A stretch of DNA of 48,653 nucleotides from UHGV virus genome UHGV-1372840; one strand, given 5' to 3'. This document shows, piece by piece, positions 8,599-17,414 of the stretch. This stretch comes from a virus. The position numbers and the translations under genes are program-made. The first letter of the stretch is position 1. The number at the start of each line of letters is the position of its first letter. The notes below the pieces were generated by a model. That model saw only the letters and a list, made by a program, of their open reading frames with translations. It did not search any database and had not been told where the DNA came from.

Positions 8599-10047
8599 TT
8601 ATAAAATCTCCGAAACGGTTGCTTTGCCATTGTGGAGCATTTGACTAATTGCATCACACATTGGGTCAATCTGGTCATCGTGAGCGTGTGTGTCATCAGC
8701 GGTGAACGCTTCGCACTCCGTAACGAAGTCATGAACCCACGGGGCATCTTCGGGTATCTTAACATATCCTGACTCAATGTAACCCTGTACGTCCATCACA
8801 CGGGTTAATTTATTTGCTGCCGGCCCACGTGGTATCTCTCGTACGGGTATCACGGGTTTAATTTTGCGACGAATCTTCTGAATAAGTTCCGTACCGGATG
8901 ATTTATCTTCGACAGCCATGTAACGCAAACGACCGTTTTTATCGTTGCGATGTTTGTTCCAGAAGTCAGGGATTTTTACCTCGAGCTCATACGCTTCGAA
9001 CTTATCGCGCATGATGTCGAGGAGATACAGATATCCATCCTCGCCCAGGCCCCACAGTTCGGCAACCTGATAGTCATTATGCTCTTTGGCTTTCTGTGCC
9101 GTATCGATGAACACTGCTTTGTATTTCAGCTTCGGCACAACGGTATAACGTCCGAACCACGACCCCTTCAGAATGCCACCACCGAGCGGTGAGGGGCGCT
9201 GTTGCATCTGACCGGAGAACATGTATGAGTTTTTCTTCTGCATCGCCTTGAGGGCTTCCAGAGAGTGTTTCTGGGGCCATAATGCGCGCTCTGTCGGTAA
9301 ACCTTCATCGACAATGGCGGGAAGCACCAGGTGACGGAAATTATATTCACCGTCTTTCAACAGGGTGCCGCAGAAATCTTCCTCGTGAAGACGCTGCATG
9401 ATGACGATACAAGGCGTCTTCGTGGAGTTAAAACGCGATTTAATGGTTTCATCCCATCGACGGTTAACACCGTTACGTTTTGGGTCAGAATACGCGTCAT
9501 CCGGTTTTAACGGGTCATCGATGATAATCGCACCACCAAAGCCGTTACCGTTCTCAAAGTCGTCGAGTTTACCAGCACCGAAACCGGTGATAGGTCCGCC
9601 CGCCGCCGTCGCATAGAACACGCCGCCCTGGTCAGTACCCCACGCTTTCTTCGAATCCTTGTTCGCCTTGATGGTCACGTGGGGCCACAGTTTCTGAAAC
9701 TCTTCGGACTTCAAAACTGATTTGATGGATTCGGAGTTATCCAGTGCGAGAATATCAGCGTAGGACAGATGAATGAATTCACACTTGGGATTTTTAACGT
9801 AGCACCATGCGGAAAATAATTTAACAGCCAGTTCGGTTTTTGAATAACGTGGCGGCATGTTGATTATTAAATGAGTGGTGCGACCGTAAAATACATCCAT
9901 CAACGCATCACAAATTACATGATGATGGTCACTGAATACAAATTTAGTCCCTTTTAAAACTTTGAAGAAGAAGCGAGCAAATAAAGTAAAATCTTCCTCA
10001 AGTGCGAGGCGCAGTAATTTTAATTCTTTTGGGGAATTAAAATTCAT
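8599..10047 (-). CDS. Terminase large subunit
   Basis: 482 aa after the small subunit gene. N-terminal ATPase region and C-terminal nuclease-like region (FIDTAQ, MAVEDKSSG acidic motifs). Confidence 0.75.
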   Translation of the reverse strand: MNFNSPKELKLLRLALEEDFTLFARFFFKVLKGTKFVFSDHHHVICDALMDVFYGRTTHLIINMPPRYSKTELAVKLFSAWCYVKNPKCEFIHLSYADILALDNSESIKSVLKSEEFQKLWPHVTIKANKDSKKAWGTDQGGVFYATAAGGPITGFGAGKLDDFENGNGFGGAIIIDDPLKPDDAYSDPKRNGVNRRWDETIKSRFNSTKTPCIVIMQRLHEEDFCGTLLKDGEYNFRHLVLPAIVDEGLPTERALWPQKHSLEALKAMQKKNSYMFSGQMQQRPSPLGGGILKGSWFGRYTVVPKLKYKAVFIDTAQKAKEHNDYQVAELWGLGEDGYLYLLDIMRDKFEAYELEVKIPDFWNKHRNDKNGRLRYMAVEDKSSGTELIQKIRRKIKPVIPVREIPRGPAANKLTRVMDVQGYIESGYVKIPEDAPWVHDFVTECEAFTADDTHAHDDQIDPMCDAISQMLHNGKATVSEIL

Positions 10048-10492
10048 CGTTGAACGCCTTTTTAAATACTTTCACATCTTCGGCGGTGATGTTGATATTT
10101 GTATTCACATTATCCAGACCACCGGACAACTGAACCAGTTGCTTATCCAGTCCCATTAATTTTGCTTTACCGAGCACTGCCGCCACAGCTGCGGATGATT
10201 GCGGCGTCTCGGCAGACAGCGCAACGTTTTTAATTTCTTCCAGTTCCGCAACGAGTGAATCGACTGTCACATTGTGGCGTTTGGTGTGAGTTTCACGTAA
10301 TTGAGCAATTCTTACCCTCACGTTATCCCGGTCTAACATGTTCGATGCTTTAACAGCAATAGTATTCGCACCCATGTTCCCGGCGTTGTACGAGCGGCGG
10401 TATGACTCAGATGCGTTACCCGTCTCCACGTAGGCGCGGCAGAATGCTTCCTGCTGCTCTGTTACGCCGAATTCGTTGTACGGTCTTGCCAT
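10037..10492 (-). CDS. Terminase small subunit
   Basis: 151 aa. N-terminal TEQQEAFCRAYVETGNASESYRRSY matches the Terminase_2 DNA-binding domain signature. Confidence 0.7.
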   Translation of the reverse strand: MARPYNEFGVTEQQEAFCRAYVETGNASESYRRSYNAGNMGANTIAVKASNMLDRDNVRVRIAQLRETHTKRHNVTVDSLVAELEEIKNVALSAETPQSSAAVAAVLGKAKLMGLDKQLVQLSGGLDNVNTNINITAEDVKVFKKAFNDEF

Positions 10493-10493
10493 G

Positions 10494-10712
10494 CTATTTA
10501 CCTTTTCTCAAGTGTTGTTTGACATACGTACTTTTCATGATTTGAGCGAGATGACCGCCGTTACAGAACCTGTCCTGATAGACAATTTGCATTGCCCGAT
10601 ATGGTTCCACGCCGGATAAAACTAAGTTGCAAAATTCTACTCGGTGACTGAACGGTCTGTGCTTCGTCACTTTATCCGGCTTGCCGGTATGTAGATTAGT
10701 TTTCATGGTCAC
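10494..10712 (-). CDS. Hypothetical protein, first gene of the head operon
   Basis: 72 aa ORF coupled to the small terminase gene. Confidence 0.35.
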   Translation of the reverse strand: MTMKTNLHTGKPDKVTKHRPFSHRVEFCNLVLSGVEPYRAMQIVYQDRFCNGGHLAQIMKSTYVKQHLRKGK

Positions 10713-10801
10713 TCACCCGATTGTCTCCAATGCCACGATTTTACCATGACTGTATCGTCATTGCCACATACCCTGATGAAAGTGGTTCAGGGTATTTTTT
10801 C

Positions 10802-11002
10802 GGGTATGAAAAACTCCTTAGTTTTCTGTTACTTACTACTTATTACCCTTATACCCTTATAAAATAGTAATTAATATAGTAGTAAGATAGTAAAAGAATG
10901 TATATATACAGCATACAAACAGTAATAAGAGGAAAGGGAGAATATAGCAAGAATGTACGGGGTTTTCGGTTATGCGCGTAAGCTGCTGATTGTGAAAGTA
11001 AA
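10802..11002. repeat. Copy A of a roughly 200 bp direct repeat (second copy at 45758-45960)
   Basis: About 90% identical to 45758-45960, same orientation. AT-rich core with three TAGTAA repeats and a tandem TACCCTTAT pair. Lies in the divergent intergenic region upstream of the leftward head operon. Confidence 0.85.
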
Positions 11003-11072
11003 TTACCTACCCTGATGATTTACCATTTTCGGGTAAAATGAGGTATTGACACGGTAAACAACCCATGTAACA

Positions 11073-11699
11073 ATGTATAAATCAAATATACAGTATGTAG
11101 GATTTATACAAATGTACCACCTTAGAGAAAATTGCGATTGTAAAACGTTCCATGAAGACACGGGTCTTTGTACACTTTGTGCCCGATACAATCATGAGGA
11201 CTTCGTGAGACATTTCAAAAACAGAACCAATTCTGACGATGAACATGAGCAATGGTTACTCGACCAGTTGTGGAACAACCCGAATAATGGTCTCAGAATC
11301 GGCACCAAACGCATGTCGAAATGTGGTCACCCTGGCGTCTATCGCGGTAGTAAATGTGCGATATGCTCCAAGATTAGTAAAGACGCTAAAGCCTCTCAGT
11401 CGCTTCAAAAAAGCACTAACCATGTAGACACAATGCGTTTCACTCTTGAACAATTAAACGCAACTATTGAGGAAATGAAGCGCCAACGGAAAACACTGGA
11501 ACAGGCCATACAGTTGGCTGAGATGGGATTGAATATCGGCAACATCACTTTAACCACTGTCAAGATGAAAACACCACGTCAAATAGCTATTGAGGCGGGT
11601 CAGAAGTGGTACATGCCTTACGAACCCTGTAAAAACTGCAATACAATATCTGAACGTTATGTAGCAAATGGTCGCTGCCGCAATTGTGGAGGTAAATAA
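11073..11699 (+). CDS. Cys-rich zinc-ribbon protein with coiled-coil segment
   Basis: Three CxxC-type clusters (CDCK...CTLC, CGHP...CAIC, CKNC...CRNC) and a central heptad-rich stretch. Start uncertain (11073 or the internal M). Confidence 0.45.
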   Translation: MYKSNIQYVGFIQMYHLRENCDCKTFHEDTGLCTLCARYNHEDFVRHFKNRTNSDDEHEQWLLDQLWNNPNNGLRIGTKRMSKCGHPGVYRGSKCAICSKISKDAKASQSLQKSTNHVDTMRFTLEQLNATIEEMKRQRKTLEQAIQLAEMGLNIGNITLTTVKMKTPRQIAIEAGQKWYMPYEPCKNCNTISERYVANGRCRNCGGK

Positions 11700-11700
11700 G

Positions 11701-11940
11701 ATGGGTAATGAAAAGTTTCTGATAATGGTTGGACGTATCCTTGTTGCTGGGTTTAAGCTCGACGATATTAAAATAGAACTGCACAAATATGACTCTACAA
11801 CTGGAACGGGGTTCATTGCGCTACGAGCGCCGGATGGTTTATTCGAAGTTATTGCCGATAACACTGGAGACAAACCTGTCAGCTACGTTTTAAAAAAGAA
11901 AGGTATTTATGAATCGCTACTCATGCAATTACGAGACTAA
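11701..11940 (+). CDS. Hypothetical protein (79 aa)
   Basis: GGAGGT RBS then ATG overlapping the upstream stop. The track ORF 11668 extends upstream in a different frame context. Confidence 0.4.
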   Translation: MGNEKFLIMVGRILVAGFKLDDIKIELHKYDSTTGTGFIALRAPDGLFEVIADNTGDKPVSYVLKKKGIYESLLMQLRD

Positions 11941-11964
11941 CCCCAAATAATAGGTAAAAACAAA

Positions 11965-11990
11965 GCCCGCTAAATGCGGGCCTTTTATTT
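11965..11990. terminator. Bidirectional rho-independent terminator
   Basis: GCCCGC-taaat-GCGGGC followed by CTTTTATTT; between convergent genes. Confidence 0.7.
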
Positions 11991-11992
11991 AC

Positions 11993-13147
11993 CTATTTTC
12001 CTTTTCCTTCCAGTCCATACTGGTCCTTAATCATTTCCACGGGGATTGATATTCTACCAATCTCACCGTAATTCCGATGATACGTTATGACTGTAGCACT
12101 TCTTCCGGAGTCGTAACCTCCGTTACTTGAATACTCATCTTTGGCCGCCAGAGTTTGGTGCATCTCAGTGATGAACATGTTGCTCTCTGCTACTTTCCGA
12201 TGATGATAGTGCCCCATGTGTAGGTAGCCAAACTTAGTACGGCCGTAAATCTCCCGGAACTTACTGGCGAATACTGCGTCCAACTTTTCCATCCTGGAAC
12301 AGTGCCCGTGATGTACACCAATCATTACCTTACCGAATTCGATTGCGTAGTAGGGACTTTGTTCGTCTACAATGGTCACGCGGGGATTATTGCTGTACAC
12401 CTCTTTAAACATCTCTCGCAACCATACGGCAGACGCAAGGTCGTGATTACCCGTGGCAATTAGCAGTGTCACTTTCCGATGCTTCTCCAGACACATGTTC
12501 ACGGCTCGCTTAATCACACGGATAGCAGTCTGTACCACTTTGAAGAAACGCGTATCAGAGTCTAGAATATGTCCGGATGTTGGTGTAACCGCCTTCAGGC
12601 CGTCAAAGTGCAGGAAATCCCCCTGAAGGTTAATGAGGCACTCTGTTGCATTGGGTGCCAATGTTGTCGCTGATTTGAACCACGATGATATGAGATGTTC
12701 CGCGATGTTGGTGTCGTAATCGTCTCCACCCTCTTCTTCACATGCCAGCATACCGATGTGCGCATCCGTTACTGTGTACATGTTCAAGAGAGTGCTATCC
12801 TCATCACGGGATATTAAATTAATTTCCTCTAGTGGGGATAAGCACTCTGTAAGCGCCGCAATCGCCTCCTGCATCATTTTCAACTGGCGCTCGGCGTCCA
12901 CATCGGTTTTAACCCATTGCAGCGCTACAGTCCCGTCCTCCTTCACCAGTGACGATGTACCTTTCACCTTGTAACCGTCCGGCACAAAGCGAGACACATT
13001 GCCACCATGACCCAGCCCGCGCGCACCGAGACGTTTGATGCGGCGGTTAATATTGCCGGGGCTCATGCCGTACTTTTTCGCAATGGCATGACCACTCATT
13101 CCCGCAGCCACGTCTGTCAGTAATTGCTCGTCAGTCAGTATACTCAT
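11993..13147 (-). CDS. HTH domain fused to calcineurin-like metallophosphoesterase
   Basis: N-terminal LTDEQLLTDVAAGMSGHAIAKKYGMSPGNINRRIKRL HTH. Phosphoesterase motifs DAH, GDFLHFDG, GNHD, GHYHH in order. Confidence 0.6.
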   Translation of the reverse strand: MSILTDEQLLTDVAAGMSGHAIAKKYGMSPGNINRRIKRLGARGLGHGGNVSRFVPDGYKVKGTSSLVKEDGTVALQWVKTDVDAERQLKMMQEAIAALTECLSPLEEINLISRDEDSTLLNMYTVTDAHIGMLACEEEGGDDYDTNIAEHLISSWFKSATTLAPNATECLINLQGDFLHFDGLKAVTPTSGHILDSDTRFFKVVQTAIRVIKRAVNMCLEKHRKVTLLIATGNHDLASAVWLREMFKEVYSNNPRVTIVDEQSPYYAIEFGKVMIGVHHGHCSRMEKLDAVFASKFREIYGRTKFGYLHMGHYHHRKVAESNMFITEMHQTLAAKDEYSSNGGYDSGRSATVITYHRNYGEIGRISIPVEMIKDQYGLEGKGK

Positions 13148-13443
13148 TACACTTTGCTCCGGCTTTTAACTAACTGGTCGATAACAACCGTAAAGAACTG
13201 GTTACAACCAACATTCGGGTAATCAATGCCGAACTTGTAACCTTTGATGATAAGGTCGGTCGCTGCAGGATTACCGCCCGGGTTAGCCCGTTTAATCATT
13301 TCCTGCACGCCCATCTGTGCACGTTGAGCGCTGCAACCGTTAAAGAGCAGGTTAGCAACCCGTGATTCATTTGTCTCAGCAGTAACAGCTGCGTTAACCT
13401 GAGCGCCCGCCAGGAGCGCTACAAGTGGTAAATATTTAATCAT
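13147..13443 (-). CDS. Small secreted protein
   Basis: MIKYLPLVALLAGAQVNAAV Sec signal peptide; two Cys; 98 aa. Confidence 0.45.
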   Translation of the reverse strand: MIKYLPLVALLAGAQVNAAVTAETNESRVANLLFNGCSAQRAQMGVQEMIKRANPGGNPAATDLIIKGYKFGIDYPNVGCNQFFTVVIDQLVKSRSKV

Positions 13444-13445
13444 GG

Positions 13446-13637
13446 TTAAGGTGCCTCATATAATGGTGTGGGGTCGCTATACTCTTTCAGTTTTGGGTCG
13501 CCAGCGTGAATTAGATAACCTTTATAGGTGATGTAAGCTACCGGATATTTGAATGTTTCCTCTAACTCAGCAACACGCGCCTCAGCCGCTAAACAGCGCT
13601 CCATCAACTGACAGTAACTCAGTGCTTCCATACCCAC
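13446..13637 (-). CDS. Hypothetical small protein
   Basis: 63 aa ORF in the leftward cassette. Confidence 0.35.
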   Translation of the reverse strand: MGMEALSYCQLMERCLAAEARVAELEETFKYPVAYITYKGYLIHAGDPKLKEYSDPTPLYEAP

Positions 13638-13792
13638 TGCTCCTGCACTTTACCTTCAACAATGAGACGAGTGACACACAGCCCGTCCCGGTCAGCCTGT
13701 GCACGCATACGTGACAGTGTGTTCAGCGCCTGAACCTCGGTCATACTACCCAGCAGGTCAGACAGTTTGTGATGGCTGATGATATTTTTCAT
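13619..13792 (-). CDS. Hypothetical small protein (57 aa)
   Basis: GGAGACT RBS before the ATG at 13792 (MKNIISHH...). The longer track ORF has no RBS. Confidence 0.35.
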   Translation of the reverse strand: MKNIISHHKLSDLLGSMTEVQALNTLSRMRAQADRDGLCVTRLIVEGKVQEQWVWKH

Positions 13793-13841
13793 TTGTTTAG
13801 TCTCCTTAATTGTTGTTCCGATGAGTTGAAGATAACCCACC

Positions 13842-13857
13842 TTGACGAGTCCGTCAA
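13842..13857. promoter_or_regulatory. Perfect palindrome TTGACGagtcCGTCAA forming the -35 of a leftward promoter
   Basis: On the - strand: TTGACG, 17 nt, TATCTT, then a GGAGACT RBS and the ATG at 13792. Same operator family as the rightward early promoters. Confidence 0.5.
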
Positions 13858-13866
13858 TACTAATTG

Positions 13867-13895
13867 CAAAAAAAAAGCCCCGAAGGGCTTATTTA
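13867..13895. terminator. Rho-independent terminator after the primase-helicase gene
   Basis: A9-GCCC-cgaa-GGGC-TTATTT; reads as stem plus T9 on the - strand. Confidence 0.7.
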
Positions 13896-16177
13896 GTTTC
13901 CGCAAAGGCAATAGCACTCGTATCACCCTGTGCCGCCGCGTAATGGCGCGCCACGTCTGCTGCATTTGTGAGGTTAGCGTGAATGTGTCCAATCTTGATG
14001 TACAACCGTGGCTTACCACCGTCAATCATTATCACGTTATTCACGCGTCCATCCTTGAGCGCCGGGTGCCAGTCGTAACCTAGTTGACGCATCATGTCAC
14101 GACGTTTACCCACCGGTACAGCGCGGTCGGCACGCATCTGGCGCAACAGGTTGTCCAGTGCCTTACTGCTCACCCAACCACCCGCAAAGCCCTGACGACC
14201 CTCATCAATCGCTTCCATAATTTCCTGCTCAACACTGCCGAGTGATGCTGTCACAGCCTCGTGAGTACTGCTTGTTTCCGGAGCGCGCTGGCAATGTGTT
14301 GCCGGGTTAAATTGTGCGGGAATATCATAGTTCTCCAGATAATGCGTCACTGCTGCAAATCCGCCGCCACGTTTGAGCCAGTCGTACAGGTTGGGGAAGT
14401 AGTCGCCACCCATGCCATCACGCACAATGTCGATATGCTCCTGCTGCGCGGTGTAAAAGATGGCAAAGCGACGGTCATTAGCGGTCTTGCGCACAGCGTT
14501 CTTGTGGTTACTGTTGAACATGAAGTTGGCACACAGTCTGTGCATTACCTGGTCCTGCTGCATCGCACGTTTAGCGAGGTACTCACCGGTAATCATCGGC
14601 TTGAGTATTTCAATCAGCTCTAGTTTCTGCTCCGGAACGTAAATATCCTCCACGCCGATGAATATTTTATCGAATAACCATGCGTTGAACTTCTCACCAA
14701 TTTCCTGCGCTGGCGGCATGTGACTGTAACGTGAACCGACCGCTTCCATTACGCACAGTGTGAACAGTGTTTTACCGTTACCTTCGACGCCCTGCAGTAA
14801 TGGTGCCCATTTAAATTTAGTCCCCTTGTACTGTACACACGCCGCCATGTAGGACAACAGAATCTCACGGTCGCGCTCAACGGGTAACAGTTTGGCCAGA
14901 TGAGTGAGGAAAGGTGTCACATCACCCCGTGCGCTCGCCACCGTCACAGGTACGTATGCGTTGACATGACGCAGACCGTCTTCTTCGATAATGGCACCCT
15001 GCGGCAGGTCCGGACGGAATGTCGAGCGGTCAACCTTCGGGAACATGATGCACTGATTCTCGGTGAAGGCTTCAAAAGCCTTTTTGGTGGTCTTTTCGTT
15101 ACCGTCATCCAGTGCAAACACATAACCACCGTACATTGCATTAAACTGCTCGGACTTCAGCATTTGACCGTTAGGTGTGAGAATCCGGTGGCTGTCTGCC
15201 ACGTATACGCAGCCTTTGAAGTGGTCAACAAGCTGTGAGCCTCCAATGAATTGATACCCGCTTCGGATAACCGGTGCACCCGTCTCGACAACCTGCGCGG
15301 GAGTCACCAGTTCAATCGGTGCGCCGACGCTGTAATAAGTTGTAAGAAGTCCGGCGGCGTTGAGGATGGTGCGCTCCAGATACGACTTATTGGTGAACCA
15401 TTTATCTCTTTTAAGACCACTCTGTAGCATCAGCGATTTAGTTCTTTCGCAGTTCCCACCTGTCCACCATAGAAGCCGGGTGGCGAGAGATGAGTCGAGC
15501 GATGAACGGTCGTCGTCTTCCGATACCACACCATTCCACAGGTCTTTAAAAGTGGCCTTGCCGCCAAAAACAACCGAAACCCCCTCCTTAGCCGCACACG
15601 CTTTTTCGATGAGTTTCGCATCATCCTCAATCGGGTTACTACCCACCTGTGGCGAGTCTGTCCATTTCACCGACACCGTGGATTCTTCTTTCGGAAAATA
15701 GCGTGCAATTACTGTATTTAGCGCCCCCGTGGCATCGTGTTCCCATAACCCTTGCGCACTTGAACCAGTTAAGGCGACGAATCTTTCGGTGTGGTATAAC
15801 TCAATCCCCATCTGAACGTTTTTACAGGCGTGCTCAGGGATGGAAGAATATCGTCCAATGATGTGTAAACCGGTGCCACTCTGTGAAATTTCAACATAGC
15901 ACCCGGCGAAAGTCTGACACAGTTCCACGGCCAACGGAGACCATGTTCCGTCAATTAGACAATGGTCGATATCGATGAAGAAATATGGGTCTGTATCGGT
16001 GAACACAAATCCAACTCCGTCGGCACCCCGTGTGAGTGCGTCACCATACGTCAACCAGTCATTCGGGTTGGTTGTGGAACCGTGGGGCCGCTTGGTTGTT
16101 TTGTCACCCACTTTAACGAGTGAGTAAGGAATGTACTGTTTTCTCTCTGTAATCATCATTTCAGTAACCTCATGCAC
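13889..16177 (-). CDS. Primase-polymerase / D5-family helicase
   Basis: N-terminal bifunctional primase-polymerase-like region (FVFTDTDPYFFIDIDHC). C-terminal Walker A GVEGNGKT and P4/D5-type helicase region. Start may be 16159 (MMITER). Confidence 0.7.
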   Translation of the reverse strand: MHEVTEMMITERKQYIPYSLVKVGDKTTKRPHGSTTNPNDWLTYGDALTRGADGVGFVFTDTDPYFFIDIDHCLIDGTWSPLAVELCQTFAGCYVEISQSGTGLHIIGRYSSIPEHACKNVQMGIELYHTERFVALTGSSAQGLWEHDATGALNTVIARYFPKEESTVSVKWTDSPQVGSNPIEDDAKLIEKACAAKEGVSVVFGGKATFKDLWNGVVSEDDDRSSLDSSLATRLLWWTGGNCERTKSLMLQSGLKRDKWFTNKSYLERTILNAAGLLTTYYSVGAPIELVTPAQVVETGAPVIRSGYQFIGGSQLVDHFKGCVYVADSHRILTPNGQMLKSEQFNAMYGGYVFALDDGNEKTTKKAFEAFTENQCIMFPKVDRSTFRPDLPQGAIIEEDGLRHVNAYVPVTVASARGDVTPFLTHLAKLLPVERDREILLSYMAACVQYKGTKFKWAPLLQGVEGNGKTLFTLCVMEAVGSRYSHMPPAQEIGEKFNAWLFDKIFIGVEDIYVPEQKLELIEILKPMITGEYLAKRAMQQDQVMHRLCANFMFNSNHKNAVRKTANDRRFAIFYTAQQEHIDIVRDGMGGDYFPNLYDWLKRGGGFAAVTHYLENYDIPAQFNPATHCQRAPETSSTHEAVTASLGSVEQEIMEAIDEGRQGFAGGWVSSKALDNLLRQMRADRAVPVGKRRDMMRQLGYDWHPALKDGRVNNVIMIDGGKPRLYIKIGHIHANLTNAADVARHYAAAQGDTSAIAFAETK

Positions 16178-16252
16178 TTTTCTTCTCTTATTTTGGGGTA
16201 AGTGAACCTCGCCCCTCTCCCAGAGGGGTTGTACTTGTTCATTTACCCGTTA

Positions 16253-16570
16253 TTAAAGCAGGGTTGTTAACGCGCGGGTGCGTAACTCCAGTGGTGCAGA
16301 GTTGGCGATAGTGTCACCCAGCGCGATACCTTGTCCGATTAATTCGAGGTTTTCTTCTTCCACTGCTCGTTGCATCACTGCTTCACGAAGTGCGGACATC
16401 CTGACCCAGTGATGGTTAACGCTTCCCATCGCCACGCCAGCCTCGGCCGCAACACCATCGCGGGTAAGAGTACCAAAGCCGTCGCGCTGCGCCATCGTGT
16501 AAGCTACTTCCAGAATATGTTCTTTGCTCATAATTTCGGTTCCATTGGGTAATTTATTGCAGTATGACAC
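16253..16570 (-). CDS. TetR-like HTH DNA-binding protein (short)
   Basis: ILEVAYTMAQRDGFGTLTRDGVAAEAGVAMGSVNHHW follows the TetR_N pattern (ILdaA..Gf..tt...IA..aGvs.g.lyhhF). Only 105 aa. Confidence 0.45.
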   Translation of the reverse strand: MSYCNKLPNGTEIMSKEHILEVAYTMAQRDGFGTLTRDGVAAEAGVAMGSVNHHWVRMSALREAVMQRAVEEENLELIGQGIALGDTIANSAPLELRTRALTTLL

Positions 16571-16593
16571 AGGTTGACGGAGTGGTCAATCCC

Positions 16594-17070
16594 TTACAGG
16601 TCGCCACTTCCGTTCCAGAATTTAAAATCTCCACCCAGCCCAATGATGAGCGTCCCAAATGCAAGCTGTGCCTGTTCGTGTTCCGTACCTTTATACTTCC
16701 ATCCGGCTTTCTTTACCTCACGCGCCACAAACTGTCCAATGGTTGACCCGACCATATCAGGCGTGATAACCACGGGGCGAATACCGATGAGGTCGCTCGA
16801 CTTGATACGCTTGTTCATCGCCGGGGAGTCATTGCAGATGCCATAGCGTACAACTCGACCATTTTCGTCTTTTAACGCGCCGCAATTGTTTCTGAAAAGT
16901 CGCCAGCCCATCTTGCTTGCCAGTAGTCGCGCCTCATCCTGCACACGCGCTTCGGGTGTATCTTTGGTTGAGCGTGGGACATCCAGTCCCACCATTGTCA
17001 CAAGGTCAGCCAGCGCCTCAGCCGTGATACCGTGCTTACGTTGCCATTCGAGAAGTGTTGGGTAGGTCAT
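16594..17070 (-). CDS. VRR-NUC domain nuclease
   Basis: SDLIGIRPV...GQFVAREVKKAG...GTEHEQAQLAF fits the VRR-NUC PD-(D/E)xK core (D...EVK...Q). Confidence 0.5.
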   Translation of the reverse strand: MTYPTLLEWQRKHGITAEALADLVTMVGLDVPRSTKDTPEARVQDEARLLASKMGWRLFRNNCGALKDENGRVVRYGICNDSPAMNKRIKSSDLIGIRPVVITPDMVGSTIGQFVAREVKKAGWKYKGTEHEQAQLAFGTLIIGLGGDFKFWNGSGDL

Positions 17071-17414
17071 TCTATGCCGCCTTTGATTTTCGTAAGCTGA
17101 AGCTCCACGTTCTTCATCAATTTCAACAATTCATCGCTGAAAGGTTCGTTGTGCATTTTACTAAACTCATAGATATGTTTACCCAATTTAATCACCGCAT
17201 CCACGGGGTTATCCAATCGAAACTCCTGATACATGCAGTTTTCCCATTTTTCTTTTTCGTGGTCGTATGTTCTCCATGACAGATACCACGCACCTAAACG
17301 AAATTGCATGGTGTAATGAATATTTGGTGCGATTTTCACCTTCCTGTCTTTGACTGCAAACCAATCGAGTGAGTAATCCCAACTTTTTAATGTTACTGTT
17401 TGCTCATCACTCAT
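17067..17414 (-). CDS. Hypothetical protein
   Basis: 115 aa ORF coupled to the helicase gene. Confidence 0.4.
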   Translation of the reverse strand: MSDEQTVTLKSWDYSLDWFAVKDRKVKIAPNIHYTMQFRLGAWYLSWRTYDHEKEKWENCMYQEFRLDNPVDAVIKLGKHIYEFSKMHNEPFSDELLKLMKNVELQLTKIKGGIE

